64,000 nucleotides of DNA from an uncultured bacterium (GCA_963759805.1 CAVXAT010000011.1:1-64000); one strand, 5' to 3'. Numbered from the stretch's first letter, positions 9,583 through 19,451 are shown. Numbers and translations: made by a program. Notes: generated by a model not told the origin, from the sequence alone.

Positions 9583-11208
9583 TCAAGCAGCTAGCCTTAA
9601 AACCAAATCCTTAAACACCTGGCCACGGTGTTTATAATTCTGGTAAAAATCAAAGCTTGTGCCGCTGGGCGAAAACAGAACCTGGTCGCCGGGCTGCATG
9701 ATTGTTTGGATATCCTGCAAGATCTCTTCCAGCGAACCCAAATTGCATGAAGCCGAACCAAAATCGCTGCAGGCAGGACCATAACAGTAAACTTTTTTAA
9801 GCTCTTTAATTTGGGCCAATTCAGAAATAATTGGAGAACGGTCAACGCCTTTGTTAAGCCCTCCCAAGATCAGAATAACAGACCCTTTATTGATAAGACT
9901 TTTGATAGCTGCAAGTGTAGATTGTATAACTGTGGCTTTTGAATCGTCATAGAATTTGACGCCTTTAATTGTTGCAAAGTATTCTACCCGATGATGATGG
10001 TCGTCAATTACAAAATCTTTGCCCTGCTTTTCAAAAAGGTTTTGTAATTCTGACATGTCGGCGCCCAGCAGGTAAAGACCAGATACTATCAGAATCCAAT
10101 TTTGAATAAATGTAACTTCAGGAAGAATGGATAGGTCGAAGAGGACATGAGATGCTGGATCAAATCTCCGGCCTTCGCACAAGGCTTCGGCGGACACAGC
10201 ACCATGACAAAAAACTGAATCAAACAAGACAAGCTTATTATCTTGTTTATAAAAAATTTTGTAGGGCTTTAAAGTTCCCGTTTTGGACAAGCCAGCTTGG
10301 GATAAAACAGATGTTGGAAGACTAGTATCAACTGGAGTATCGCTAATAAAGCAGAGATTGGATTTTAATTTTGCTACTTGCTCGGCAAATAATTTGCCGG
10401 CATCACCCTGCAAAACGTGCCATGGAAAAAGCGCAAACTGATCTTCAGTCTGGTACCTAAAAAGATTAAACTTTGCATCAAAATAATCTTTGAATGATTT
10501 ATGGCGGTCAAGGTGGTTTGGGTAACAGTTCATAAGAATTGCAAGAGTGGGTGCAAATGATTTACTAAACTCAAGCTGAAAACTGGAAAGCTCCAACACT
10601 CCCATATCATAGGAATCTTGCTGAGCAATCGCCTCAAGCATTCCCAATCCAATATTCCCTCCAACAAAAGGCTTTAAGCCGGATCCAGAATAAAGGGATT
10701 CTTTTAAACTGGATCCGGCTATATCTGATGGCTTAATTTTTTCTGTTGGCTTAATTTTTGAAAGTAACTGGGCAAAAAGTTTTGTCGTAGTAGTTTTACC
10801 AAGCGAACCTGTTACGGCAACTACTGGTTTTTTAAAATAAGTGCTAAAAACATCAAGCTCGCAAACAAATTTTGGGCTATAAGAATAAAAATCGTTGAGA
10901 TTTACGCCAGGGCTTGGAATTATATAATCGTGCAGCTCGATAAAATTTTTCATCGAAGATATCGCAGGATCAAAAAATTCAACATCTCTGGCATTTAAAC
11001 TCTGAGCATTTATATCCTGAGCATTTAAATGCTGCGTGATTGGCAATTCGATAGTCTTTTGGTCCCATACATCCAATTTTGTACTGCTCAGATCAACAGT
11101 ATCCTGATTAAGTTTTAATAACTTTTTTTCTTGCTTAAAGTTTTGAATGAAATTCAGTACAGATTTGCCAACAACACCAAACCCCAAAATCCCTATTTTT
11201 TTCTGCAT
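9583..11208 (-). CDS. murD: UDP-N-acetylmuramoyl-L-alanine--D-glutamate ligase
   Basis: SPGV, TGSLGKTTT, GGNIG, ELSSFQL, HLDRH, DDSKAT, LILGG, SP...SFD.Y.NY..RG; carries extra insertions. Confidence 0.95.
   Translation of the reverse strand: MQKKIGILGFGVVGKSVLNFIQNFKQEKKLLKLNQDTVDLSSTKLDVWDQKTIELPITQHLNAQDINAQSLNARDVEFFDPAISSMKNFIELHDYIIPSPGVNLNDFYSYSPKFVCELDVFSTYFKKPVVAVTGSLGKTTTTKLFAQLLSKIKPTEKIKPSDIAGSSLKESLYSGSGLKPFVGGNIGLGMLEAIAQQDSYDMGVLELSSFQLEFSKSFAPTLAILMNCYPNHLDRHKSFKDYFDAKFNLFRYQTEDQFALFPWHVLQGDAGKLFAEQVAKLKSNLCFISDTPVDTSLPTSVLSQAGLSKTGTLKPYKIFYKQDNKLVLFDSVFCHGAVSAEALCEGRRFDPASHVLFDLSILPEVTFIQNWILIVSGLYLLGADMSELQNLFEKQGKDFVIDDHHHRVEYFATIKGVKFYDDSKATVIQSTLAAIKSLINKGSVILILGGLNKGVDRSPIISELAQIKELKKVYCYGPACSDFGSASCNLGSLEEILQDIQTIMQPGDQVLFSPSGTSFDFYQNYKHRGQVFKDLVLRLAA
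10151..10208. repeat. In-frame palindromic element in murD (family C with nested family B)
   Basis: GATGCTGGATCAAATC[TCCGGCCTTCGCACAAGGCTTCGGCGGACACAG]CACCATGAC; compare the intact GATGCTGAAATAAATTCAGCATGAC at 60006. Confidence 0.7.
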
Positions 11209-11234
11209 CTAAAACCCAATCAATTTTTAGCAAA

Positions 11235-12695
11235 TTAAAACACAGAATTTTCGTTAATCTTTTTAACAATTTGCGTTGTCGAAAACCCTGATAAAAATTG
11301 AACTGTTTTTACAACTCCGCCATAACTCTTAACAATATCACTCCCAACCATTGAGTCTGCGTTGTAATCGCCTCCTTTTACAAAAACATCAGGCTTGAGA
11401 TAGTTGAGCAACTCCTCAGGCGTATACTGATCAAAAGAGACAACAAAATCAACTACACCCAGTGCGGCAATTACTTCAGCACGATCTTTTATGGAATTTA
11501 TTGGCCTGCCGGGACCTTTTCCAAGGCTTTTGACAGACTCATCGGAGTTAAGCCCAACAACAAGAATATCTCCAAGTTTTTTAGCCTCCTTCAGAAGATG
11601 CACATGCCCGGCATGTAAAATATCAAAACAGCCGTTAGTGAATACTACCTTCTTTTTTCCCATACTCTGCCAATCCAGCTCAATCTTTAAATGTGCCCAG
11701 TCATAAAAGATTTTTTCCGTATATTCTGTGCCTCGATCTAGCAATTCATCAAGTTCCACAGCGTAAGTTTTAACATGTGAAATTGCAACAGCGGCAGCCT
11801 TATTTGCAAGCTTTAGATAAACCTCTGGAATCAGATTACTGCTCAATCCCAAAGCTATGAATGCAAAAACCGTATCGCCTGCTCCAACAACGCCATAAAT
11901 CTCTTTTGCTTGAGTGGGAATCGAAATAATTTTTTCTTTAGACACAAACTTGATTCCCTTCTCGCCCAGGGTAACGAACATACCGTCTAGGTCCAGCAAA
12001 GAGCACAGATGTTTTGCATTAACTTCAATATCATCAGATTCACTCAATCCAAATGAGTGAATCATCTCTGCAACCTCTTTGGAATTTGGTTTAATATAAT
12101 TTGCACCCTTATACTTCAGATAATCCGGACCGCTTGGATCAACTAAGATCAAACAACCCAAAGATCGTGCCTTGGAAATAATATAATTCAATAATTCCGG
12201 AGTTACAAAACCGCGATCATAATCAGATATTAAAACGACCATATTTGGTTTTAATAATTTATCAAACTTTTCTATGACAGAATTGAGTTCATTCTTTGAA
12301 AGAGGATCGGTACACTCAGAATCAATACAGATCAACTGCTGATTTTTGACAACAACACGTTTTTTAAGTGTCGTTTGACGTTGCAAACTTTCAACAATCC
12401 CATCTACAGACATATTTTCGCGTTTAAGCAAAGATAAAATTTTTTGTCCCGCAAAATCTCCTGTCCCAATCAAAGTCAAAAGCGTAGTATTCAAACCTAT
12501 TTCAAAACAGTTGAGCGCAGTATTTCCAGCGCCACCTAAACAGTATTCGTATGAATTTTCGCGAACAACAGGAATCGGTGCCTCTGATGATATCCTGTCA
12601 ACCTGACCAAACAGGTACTCATCAAGCATCACATCGCCGACAACCAAGACGTCTCTTTTCTGACATGTCTTTAAATAATTGATAATATCTTTCAT
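11235..12695 (-). CDS. hldE: Bifunctional heptose-7-phosphate kinase / heptose-1-phosphate adenylyltransferase
   Basis: VVGDVMLDEY, EAPIPVV, GGAGN, GAGDT, FTNGCFDILHAGH, GLNSD, KGGDY, STT; start MKDII preferred. Confidence 0.93.
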   Translation of the reverse strand: MKDIINYLKTCQKRDVLVVGDVMLDEYLFGQVDRISSEAPIPVVRENSYEYCLGGAGNTALNCFEIGLNTTLLTLIGTGDFAGQKILSLLKRENMSVDGIVESLQRQTTLKKRVVVKNQQLICIDSECTDPLSKNELNSVIEKFDKLLKPNMVVLISDYDRGFVTPELLNYIISKARSLGCLILVDPSGPDYLKYKGANYIKPNSKEVAEMIHSFGLSESDDIEVNAKHLCSLLDLDGMFVTLGEKGIKFVSKEKIISIPTQAKEIYGVVGAGDTVFAFIALGLSSNLIPEVYLKLANKAAAVAISHVKTYAVELDELLDRGTEYTEKIFYDWAHLKIELDWQSMGKKKVVFTNGCFDILHAGHVHLLKEAKKLGDILVVGLNSDESVKSLGKGPGRPINSIKDRAEVIAALGVVDFVVSFDQYTPEELLNYLKPDVFVKGGDYNADSMVGSDIVKSYGGVVKTVQFLSGFSTTQIVKKINENSVF

Positions 12696-12817
12696 ATTCG
12701 ATACCAACCCAATTTTTTGTATAAAAACCTTGCCGTGTAAAATAGAATGAAGTAGCTTGTAAGTACTACCCATACCACTTATACCACATTTTTTTTAAGT
12801 AACAAAGGAGCAATTCT

Positions 12818-13438
12818 ATGAAATTACAAATTTCCTACAATTTTACCGACCTTAACCAAGCACTGGACATGGCACGAAAAACGGTTGATTACGCCGATGT
12901 CATTGAGATCGGCCCTCTCTTAATCTACAAAGAGGGAATAAATGCAATTAAGCAATTCAAAACACAATTTCCCAAAAAACCAATTTTTGCAAATGCAAAA
13001 ATAACGGACAGTGTCCAAAATGCCATAACTATGTTCGCTCAAGCAGGTGCAAACTTAATTTCAATTCTTGCAGGAATTCCGCAGAATACCATAAAAAAAG
13101 CCTCTGATGAAGCAAAAAAATTTGATGTCGAACTTGTTCTTGATATAATCGATATTCATAATGCCGGGCAGTTCACGCTGGACGCAAAACGCCTAGGCAT
13201 AGATATACTACTTATTCACAATCCAACGTCAGTGATAGATCCAACAGAACTTTCGTCACAATGGCAGAGTATACAGGGCAATACTCAGCTTCCACTTTAC
13301 ATAACTGATAAGATCAATAGAGAAAATGTTCAGCAAATACTTAGTTTAAAGCCTCAGGGAATTGCTATCGGATCAGCAATTGCTAAGGCAGATAATCCAC
13401 ATCTAGAAGCACAGTATTTTAAATCTTTGTTGGCATAA
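12818..13438 (+). CDS. 3-hexulose-6-phosphate synthase-like protein (OMPDC/HUMPS family)
   Basis: LQIS, IEIGPLLI..EG, AGA, IGSAI..A..P; the canonical D-x-K motif reads N-A-K. Confidence 0.75.
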   Translation: MKLQISYNFTDLNQALDMARKTVDYADVIEIGPLLIYKEGINAIKQFKTQFPKKPIFANAKITDSVQNAITMFAQAGANLISILAGIPQNTIKKASDEAKKFDVELVLDIIDIHNAGQFTLDAKRLGIDILLIHNPTSVIDPTELSSQWQSIQGNTQLPLYITDKINRENVQQILSLKPQGIAIGSAIAKADNPHLEAQYFKSLLA

Positions 13439-13462
13439 ATACACTTAAATTTAGGATTTATT

Positions 13463-14089
13463 ATGAAAGAAATTGTAAAATATACGGTTCAAGAAAAGCT
13501 CAAACCCACAAATCTATCAAACATATCTGATGCACAAATAACCGATCACTGGAGCCTTTACGTAGGATATGTAAATCAAGTAAATCGTTTAAACGACGAG
13601 ATAATTCAACTTATCAGCGAAAATCAGGCCAACTCACTTTTATACTCCGACAGACGTCGCAGATTTGGGTTTGAATATAACGGCATGGTACTGCACGAAT
13701 ACTATTTCGGCAATCTTTGTTCAAAATGCAGCGCGCTGCAGCCAGGAGCTTTGCGTCAGGGAATAGAAAAACACTGGGGTACATTTGAAGCCTGGCAGGA
13801 GGATTTTGCAAACACCGGCAAAACTCGTGGCATAGGCTGGGCAATCTTGTACATGGACACCTTAACCGGCCAACTAATAAATGTTTTTGTAAAAGAACAT
13901 GAAAATGGACATATTGCAAGTTTTGTTCCATTGCTCGTTCTGGACGTTTGGGAACATGCCTACATGGTTGACCACAAGGCAGGCGGACGCGGTGATTATA
14001 TCACTGCATTTTTCTTGAATATTAACTGGAAGATTGTTGAAGAGCGATGCAAAGAAGCTATTGTAAAAAAGATATCAAGCAGGTTTTAA
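13463..14089 (+). CDS. sod: Fe/Mn superoxide dismutase
   Basis: H..LY.GYV, NG..LHEYYF, DVWEHAY metal ligands. Confidence 0.9.
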   Translation: MKEIVKYTVQEKLKPTNLSNISDAQITDHWSLYVGYVNQVNRLNDEIIQLISENQANSLLYSDRRRRFGFEYNGMVLHEYYFGNLCSKCSALQPGALRQGIEKHWGTFEAWQEDFANTGKTRGIGWAILYMDTLTGQLINVFVKEHENGHIASFVPLLVLDVWEHAYMVDHKAGGRGDYITAFFLNINWKIVEERCKEAIVKKISSRF

Positions 14090-14135
14090 CACTTCGTGTC
14101 TTAACACTTCGTGTCTTAACACTTCGTGTTTTAAC
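14086..14135. repeat. 15-bp tandem repeat TTAACACTTCGTGTC x3 between convergent sod and ligase genes
   Basis: Direct observation; each unit contains a mini-hairpin ACAC-TTC-GTGT. Confidence 0.85.
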
Positions 14136-15942
14136 GTTCTGATTCGTCAAACAGAGACTGCTGTTTTTCACGCGAAGATGACTTTTTGCTCTTACTAAAC
14201 TGTAACTTATAAAGACTGTCTATCTCTTTAATCTCAGTTGCTTCAGTTGCAGATTTATCCGGACGATACCCCATCAAGCGAGGGAATCGCAACGCATATC
14301 CCAATTTTTTATCAGTTTTACCTGCAGTATGCAGCGGCGAAAGTGTAATTTCATCTGCACGAATCATACAAACAATGCTTGGGTCAACCCAGACATCGGG
14401 GAAAAGCTCTTTTGAGCACTGAACGTTGTGAGGTTTTTGTGTAACTTTAATTTTGTCACAGGCCTTCTTCTGGTCGCGCCACTCTTCGTCAGTTAACCCC
14501 GTTCCAATCTTTGCAATCGTCTGAAAAATATCTTCATGCTTATTATAAATTCCAACAAGCAATGCCCCAATTCCAAACGATGCACGTTTGCCCTTGCCGG
14601 TATAATAACCCAAAATCACGCAATCAACTGTATCACTCAGCTCACCGGATTCCTGACGTTTTAATTTAATCCAGTTAAAATTTCGTTTTCCTGCTTGATA
14701 AATTGCATCCGGTTTTTTAACAACCAGACCTTCAAGCCCTGCTGATATATTCTGTTCAAAATACGCATCAAGCTCTTTTGCATTTTTTATTTCAACCTCT
14801 TCGATAGCATGAATAACAGCCTGCTTTGCAATGTGTTCTTCATCAAGAAGTTTTAGAAGCGCAGCTCTTCGTTCCTCATGCGTATTCTCCAAATATGATT
14901 TCCCATTCATGTACAAAATATCAAACATGTACAACTTTAACGGAAAATCCTCAGCCATTTTTTCGATATCATATTTTCGTTTACGCTTCACTGTCTCCTG
15001 AAACGGCAAAAATGTTCCTGTTTCAACATCGTAAGAGATGGCTTCGCCCTCGGCAACCAATGTTTTAACATTAAGCTGCAGGGCAGCTTTTTTTAGATCG
15101 GGAAACATTTCTGACATATCTTGTAAATTACGAGAGAAAAAATGAACATCGTGCTTTGCCTGAGTTTTGTTGATATGAACTTGGATTCTGAATCCATCAA
15201 GCTTTGGTTGAGCCACGCACGCACCAAGTTTTTCAATAATTGATTTGGCATCAGGCAGACGCTCTGCTGCCGCAGGCCGAACAGGAACTCCGGGAACTAT
15301 GCTTATATTTTTGATTCCCTTAATGCCATCTTCTTTTAGAATCTTTACAATCAGACCAATATCCACACAGACATTATAAGCTTCTTCCAGATCTTTTCTA
15401 ATAGATTTATCACCTGCATACATCCAAGAGAAGGCATCCAGAAGAGTCATATCAGAAAATCCAAGGCGCAGTTTACCAAGAATTATTCGAACAACATACT
15501 TAATTGAAATTGGATCAAGCCGCTTGAGCAAATCCAGTAATTTTCTTTCTTTCTCCTGATTAGAACCCTCTCCTGAAATCACTGCAAATTCGTCCAACTC
15601 CTTTTCTACCTGATGTAAGGTCAATTCATCTTTGCTTAGCACTTTTGTGTCAATTTCAAGAGCAACCAATCCTAAATCACCAAGTTTTGATTCTTTGGTC
15701 TTTACAGCGTGCTCCGGCATACCCAACAACTTAGCGAGCACTTTGAGCATACTTTTGCCCGCAAAATTAAACTTTGTCCCTACGTACGTGGGATGCAGAT
15801 CTCCCAATGATAAATAAGCAATGGTAGCAGCCTGCGACGGAGTTGCCTTTTTTAATAAATCAGACAACAGTTCTGTTATTTTAAGGCGAGAAGACTCTTT
15901 TTCGATTTGATCAAAAGATACAGCAACATCAGTAAACTTCAT
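14131..15942 (-). CDS. ATP-dependent DNA ligase, archaeal/eukaryal type with N-terminal DNA-binding domain
   Basis: KLDGFRIQ (motif I), EGEA, FDILY, EGLVVK, WIKLK, ALRFPR, R.DK. Confidence 0.95.
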   Translation of the reverse strand: MKFTDVAVSFDQIEKESSRLKITELLSDLLKKATPSQAATIAYLSLGDLHPTYVGTKFNFAGKSMLKVLAKLLGMPEHAVKTKESKLGDLGLVALEIDTKVLSKDELTLHQVEKELDEFAVISGEGSNQEKERKLLDLLKRLDPISIKYVVRIILGKLRLGFSDMTLLDAFSWMYAGDKSIRKDLEEAYNVCVDIGLIVKILKEDGIKGIKNISIVPGVPVRPAAAERLPDAKSIIEKLGACVAQPKLDGFRIQVHINKTQAKHDVHFFSRNLQDMSEMFPDLKKAALQLNVKTLVAEGEAISYDVETGTFLPFQETVKRKRKYDIEKMAEDFPLKLYMFDILYMNGKSYLENTHEERRAALLKLLDEEHIAKQAVIHAIEEVEIKNAKELDAYFEQNISAGLEGLVVKKPDAIYQAGKRNFNWIKLKRQESGELSDTVDCVILGYYTGKGKRASFGIGALLVGIYNKHEDIFQTIAKIGTGLTDEEWRDQKKACDKIKVTQKPHNVQCSKELFPDVWVDPSIVCMIRADEITLSPLHTAGKTDKKLGYALRFPRLMGYRPDKSATEATEIKEIDSLYKLQFSKSKKSSSREKQQSLFDESER

Positions 15943-16078
15943 AACAACCTCAGCATTAAAGCCATTTTAATTAGAAACATCTGATTTATTATGGCTTTTT
16001 ATGCCGATTGAGTCAATGAATGAGATATCGGTAAGAGTTAAAAACATTCACGCAATAAAAACTTTGCTATTTTTAGGG

Positions 16079-18001
16079 TTAGGGGGCCTTGTTCCTCGCA
16101 GCTTTTTTTCGTAGTCTTTCAACGCTCTTCGCTATTTTCTTTGCATACCTTGCTTGTTCAATTTTAACTTTAATTTCTTTTTCGTAGTCTCTTGCAATTC
16201 GCATAAAAACTTCATTTTCAATCTTCAAATAAACACCATTTCCAAGCCCTACCAAGTTATATATCCGGCTATCATCAGGGTCTTGAAAACTGTATTCTGT
16301 ACGACCGTCAGATAGAGCGCCAAATCGCCTATTACCAACACGTGCATCATAAATTTTTTGTTTTACATCATTTTTTGCAAACCGTACCCCCACAATTTCA
16401 ATTGTAGACGAAGAATCATCAAATAAGATTTCGTTAATTTCTTTATTCCAATCTACTATAAAAACACCCAACAAATAGCAAGTCCATATAACATCAACAC
16501 CATCTTCGTTAAAAATAACCATAGAAACATAAATGTCATGATCATGCTCTTGATTAACTTTTTGTAGCCCATCGGATAAAAATCCATTAAAAAATGTTAC
16601 TTTGTGACGAAATAAACAAACAGTTTTGTGTTGATCTGATTGTAAATTATGACTTAACAATCTTACCTGAGAGACAACGCCCTCAGCCCCTCTAGCTAGC
16701 TCAAACAAACACCTGACATATCTATGAAAATTTGTCTTAATACCTTCAGGAAATGTTGTTGATTCTTTAATAAGTTCAGGAGCACTAATAAATTCAGGGG
16801 TTGCACTGCTTGAACAGCTTGCACCACTTATACCAGCGATACCGCTTAGACTATGTGGAGCGGGAGGGATACTTGAGCTACTCGAGCTAGCAGCCATTGA
16901 TTCCCATTTCGCATCAAAACGAACATATGAAATCCCACAGCCAAGGCAAGATAATTTTGGGTCAACGCTAGTAACTTTCATAACTCTATCTTGCTTCAAT
17001 GAATCTCTATTTATTACACCGGTTCCGGCAGCTTGTGGAAAATGCCCACCCGCTAACCGACAAACATCGCCATCAGAACGTGTACCCTCGTAAATAAGAT
17101 TTAGGATATGATCATCCCTAAAAAGAACAATCGTATCTAATTTCAAATCAGATTTATTAACTCGATCTGACTTCTCAATTTGTTTTGCATCTAAAAGAGT
17201 CCGCTTAAATTCATATGACAATAAATCTTCTTTTAGTTTATCTTGGATAAGAGAAACAGTTTCGTCGTAACGCGATTGAAGGGCCTCGTCGCTATCATCA
17301 AGAATAGAATTCGATCCTTGGTTTTGAGACTGTTTTGCATCTTCAGGTTCGCCGTCAAACAGTTTTCTATTCACACCACGCGCTCGTCCGTGAACGCCTT
17401 TTTTTCTTACTGAAGTTGAAGAAGGTGAAAACCTTAGTTTGTGCACATGTCGCGTATCCTTACAAAATCCCATTTCTAGAAAATCTTCATCAAATTCTTC
17501 TGAGCTTGTTGGCGGTTGTTCTACCTGCGGTGCAACTGATGATGAGTCTTTCTCTGGGGAACTATGCGGACTAATTGTAGAGCTAGCCCAAAATTTACCA
17601 CAATGTATTGGTGATCCTTTGGACACACCAATACTGAATTTATTAACGAGTGGGGTTAGCCCAGTTGTTCCAGTGCCTTTGGCAGATGGAGGCGTACGAA
17701 GTAAAGATGAGCTAGAAGTCGTTTGTTCAGGCAAAATACCTGCTTGTCTTTTTTTGGGAGAAGGCGCAGCAAAGCTTCCACCTTCCACGCCAGGAGCAGA
17801 GTCTTCATAGACACGCCCCTCAATATCTGACTCACCATGTGATTCTCGTTTATGGCTAGGAGTAGACTTTTTTACAGGAGTATGCATCTGCTCATCTGCG
17901 GCTTTGCTAGATTCTTGATCAGAATCGGTTTTCATAGAAAAAGCAGGCATTAAAAGACCCAAAATGATAAATATATTTAAAAATAAGACCTTTTTAACCA
18001 T
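16079..18001 (-). CDS. Secreted hypothetical protein with an S/T/P-rich disordered N-terminus and a candidate EndoU-like nuclease domain
   Basis: Signal peptide; HIL...EG...GGH and KESTTFP motifs (function inferred). Confidence 0.7.
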   Translation of the reverse strand: MVKKVLFLNIFIILGLLMPAFSMKTDSDQESSKAADEQMHTPVKKSTPSHKRESHGESDIEGRVYEDSAPGVEGGSFAAPSPKKRQAGILPEQTTSSSSLLRTPPSAKGTGTTGLTPLVNKFSIGVSKGSPIHCGKFWASSTISPHSSPEKDSSSVAPQVEQPPTSSEEFDEDFLEMGFCKDTRHVHKLRFSPSSTSVRKKGVHGRARGVNRKLFDGEPEDAKQSQNQGSNSILDDSDEALQSRYDETVSLIQDKLKEDLLSYEFKRTLLDAKQIEKSDRVNKSDLKLDTIVLFRDDHILNLIYEGTRSDGDVCRLAGGHFPQAAGTGVINRDSLKQDRVMKVTSVDPKLSCLGCGISYVRFDAKWESMAASSSSSSIPPAPHSLSGIAGISGASCSSSATPEFISAPELIKESTTFPEGIKTNFHRYVRCLFELARGAEGVVSQVRLLSHNLQSDQHKTVCLFRHKVTFFNGFLSDGLQKVNQEHDHDIYVSMVIFNEDGVDVIWTCYLLGVFIVDWNKEINEILFDDSSSTIEIVGVRFAKNDVKQKIYDARVGNRRFGALSDGRTEYSFQDPDDSRIYNLVGLGNGVYLKIENEVFMRIARDYEKEIKVKIEQARYAKKIAKSVERLRKKAARNKAP

Positions 18002-18219
18002 TTTATAACCCCCAATTCATAACCCCTAAAATTCATAAATTTTGATAAAAACTAGTATATATTGATAAATTACGATATAAAACATAGTTAAAAGCGAAAA
18101 ATTGCCACACTTAATTATATTTAACTATTATTAAATTAACAGATAGTAAATATAAGTCAAGTATTTGCACTGGCTCAAGGGATTAAGTAATTATAGAAGT
18201 TAAACTTTAGAGGAGATAA

Positions 18220-18762
18220 ATGAACACATTTAGAAGCATAATTTCTTCAACCGTTTTGGCAATACCCATTTTTTTAAACAATTTTTGTGTAGCATCAAAA
18301 ACTCCAAAAAATTTTTCCTGGCTTATAGATGGTAAAATCTGTGGAATGGCGAAGCCCAAAAAGGCCAACCATATAAAATGGTTAGAAAAAAACAATGTAG
18401 GACTGGTTGTTACCCTTACCGGTAAAGGCAATTTGCCAGGATCTTTTTTCAAAAATACAAGGATAGAGAAGCTTTTCATTCCGATTAAGGACTTTGGCAT
18501 ACCAACATATGAACAAGTGGACTTATTCATAGATAAGGCAAGCAAGGTTATATTATCCGGCAAAGCGGTTGCGATACATTGTGCAGCTGGGATTGGTAGA
18601 ACGGGAACAATGCTCGCATGCTGGTTGGTTGCAAAAGAGAATATGAACCCCAACGACGCAATAAATTTTGTTCGTCACAAACGTCCGGGTTCAATCGAAA
18701 CAAAAGAACAAGAAAAATTTGTAGAGAGTTATTACGAATATTTAAAATCAAAGGCTTCTTAA
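18220..18762 (+). CDS. Dual-specificity protein phosphatase (DUSP23/Cdc14-like) with an N-terminal signal-like segment
   Basis: NFSW, IKDFGIP acid loop, HCAAGIGRTG P-loop, RPGSIET..Q. Confidence 0.92.
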   Translation: MNTFRSIISSTVLAIPIFLNNFCVASKTPKNFSWLIDGKICGMAKPKKANHIKWLEKNNVGLVVTLTGKGNLPGSFFKNTRIEKLFIPIKDFGIPTYEQVDLFIDKASKVILSGKAVAIHCAAGIGRTGTMLACWLVAKENMNPNDAINFVRHKRPGSIETKEQEKFVESYYEYLKSKAS

Positions 18763-18808
18763 AGGCATATGTCTAAACTCTCTGAAGCTACCAAACGCTC
18801 TGAAGCGC

Positions 18809-19420
18809 CTACACTCTCTTGAAATTCGATCTGTGCCTAAATGTCAGCCAACCACAAATAAAAATTAAGAGAAAAAAAAGATAATTGCTTGTGCTATCAA
18901 GAAAAACAAGATAATAAACAGTGCAAGAAAAATATATAGCTACCAATGACGCGATAAACGGCTTGTGCGTAATTGCCAAAACCAAAATCCACAAGCAAGC
19001 AAAAACAAGCAACAACTTGAACGGGAACAAACACGCTAAAATTCCGGCGGTTGTTGCAACGCCTTTCCCACCCCTAAATTTTAAAAATATCGAATAGGCA
19101 TTGCCAAACAGAAGAGCCAAAGCATTAGCAGCAAGTATTCTCTGTACATAAGCATGCTCAACACCAACCAAGCCCATAAGCTTGCTAATCAAATATAAAG
19201 ATATAAAAGCTTTTAAAAAATCGATTAAAAATATAAGAACAAAGTATTTTTTACCAAAGACTCTACCAATATTAGTCGCACCGATATTCCCAGAACCACG
19301 CTCAGTTATATCAGTATTTAAAAAATGCTTTGCAAACCAGTATCCTGTGGGAATTGAACCAACTAGATAAGAAATTAAACACGAGATTTTAATCGAGATT
19401 AAAACTGAATAAGTTAACAT
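18809..19420 (-). CDS. plsY: Glycerol-3-phosphate acyltransferase
   Basis: YLVGSIP, GSGNIGATN, GGKGVAT, RH.SN. Confidence 0.95.
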   Translation of the reverse strand: MLTYSVLISIKISCLISYLVGSIPTGYWFAKHFLNTDITERGSGNIGATNIGRVFGKKYFVLIFLIDFLKAFISLYLISKLMGLVGVEHAYVQRILAANALALLFGNAYSIFLKFRGGKGVATTAGILACLFPFKLLLVFACLWILVLAITHKPFIASLVAIYFSCTVYYLVFLDSTSNYLFFLLIFICGWLTFRHRSNFKRV

Positions 19421-19451
19421 TAAAATAACTGCTATTTTTTAGGCTGAACAA

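Noticed and set aside
8718..9639. Diversity-generating retroelement TR/VR pair (also considered for the fic tail copies)
   Set aside because: The differences are synonymous or conservative rather than adenine-specific, and no reverse transcriptase is present
14086..14135. Possible mini-CRISPR
   Set aside because: Three contiguous 15-bp units with no spacers and no cas genes
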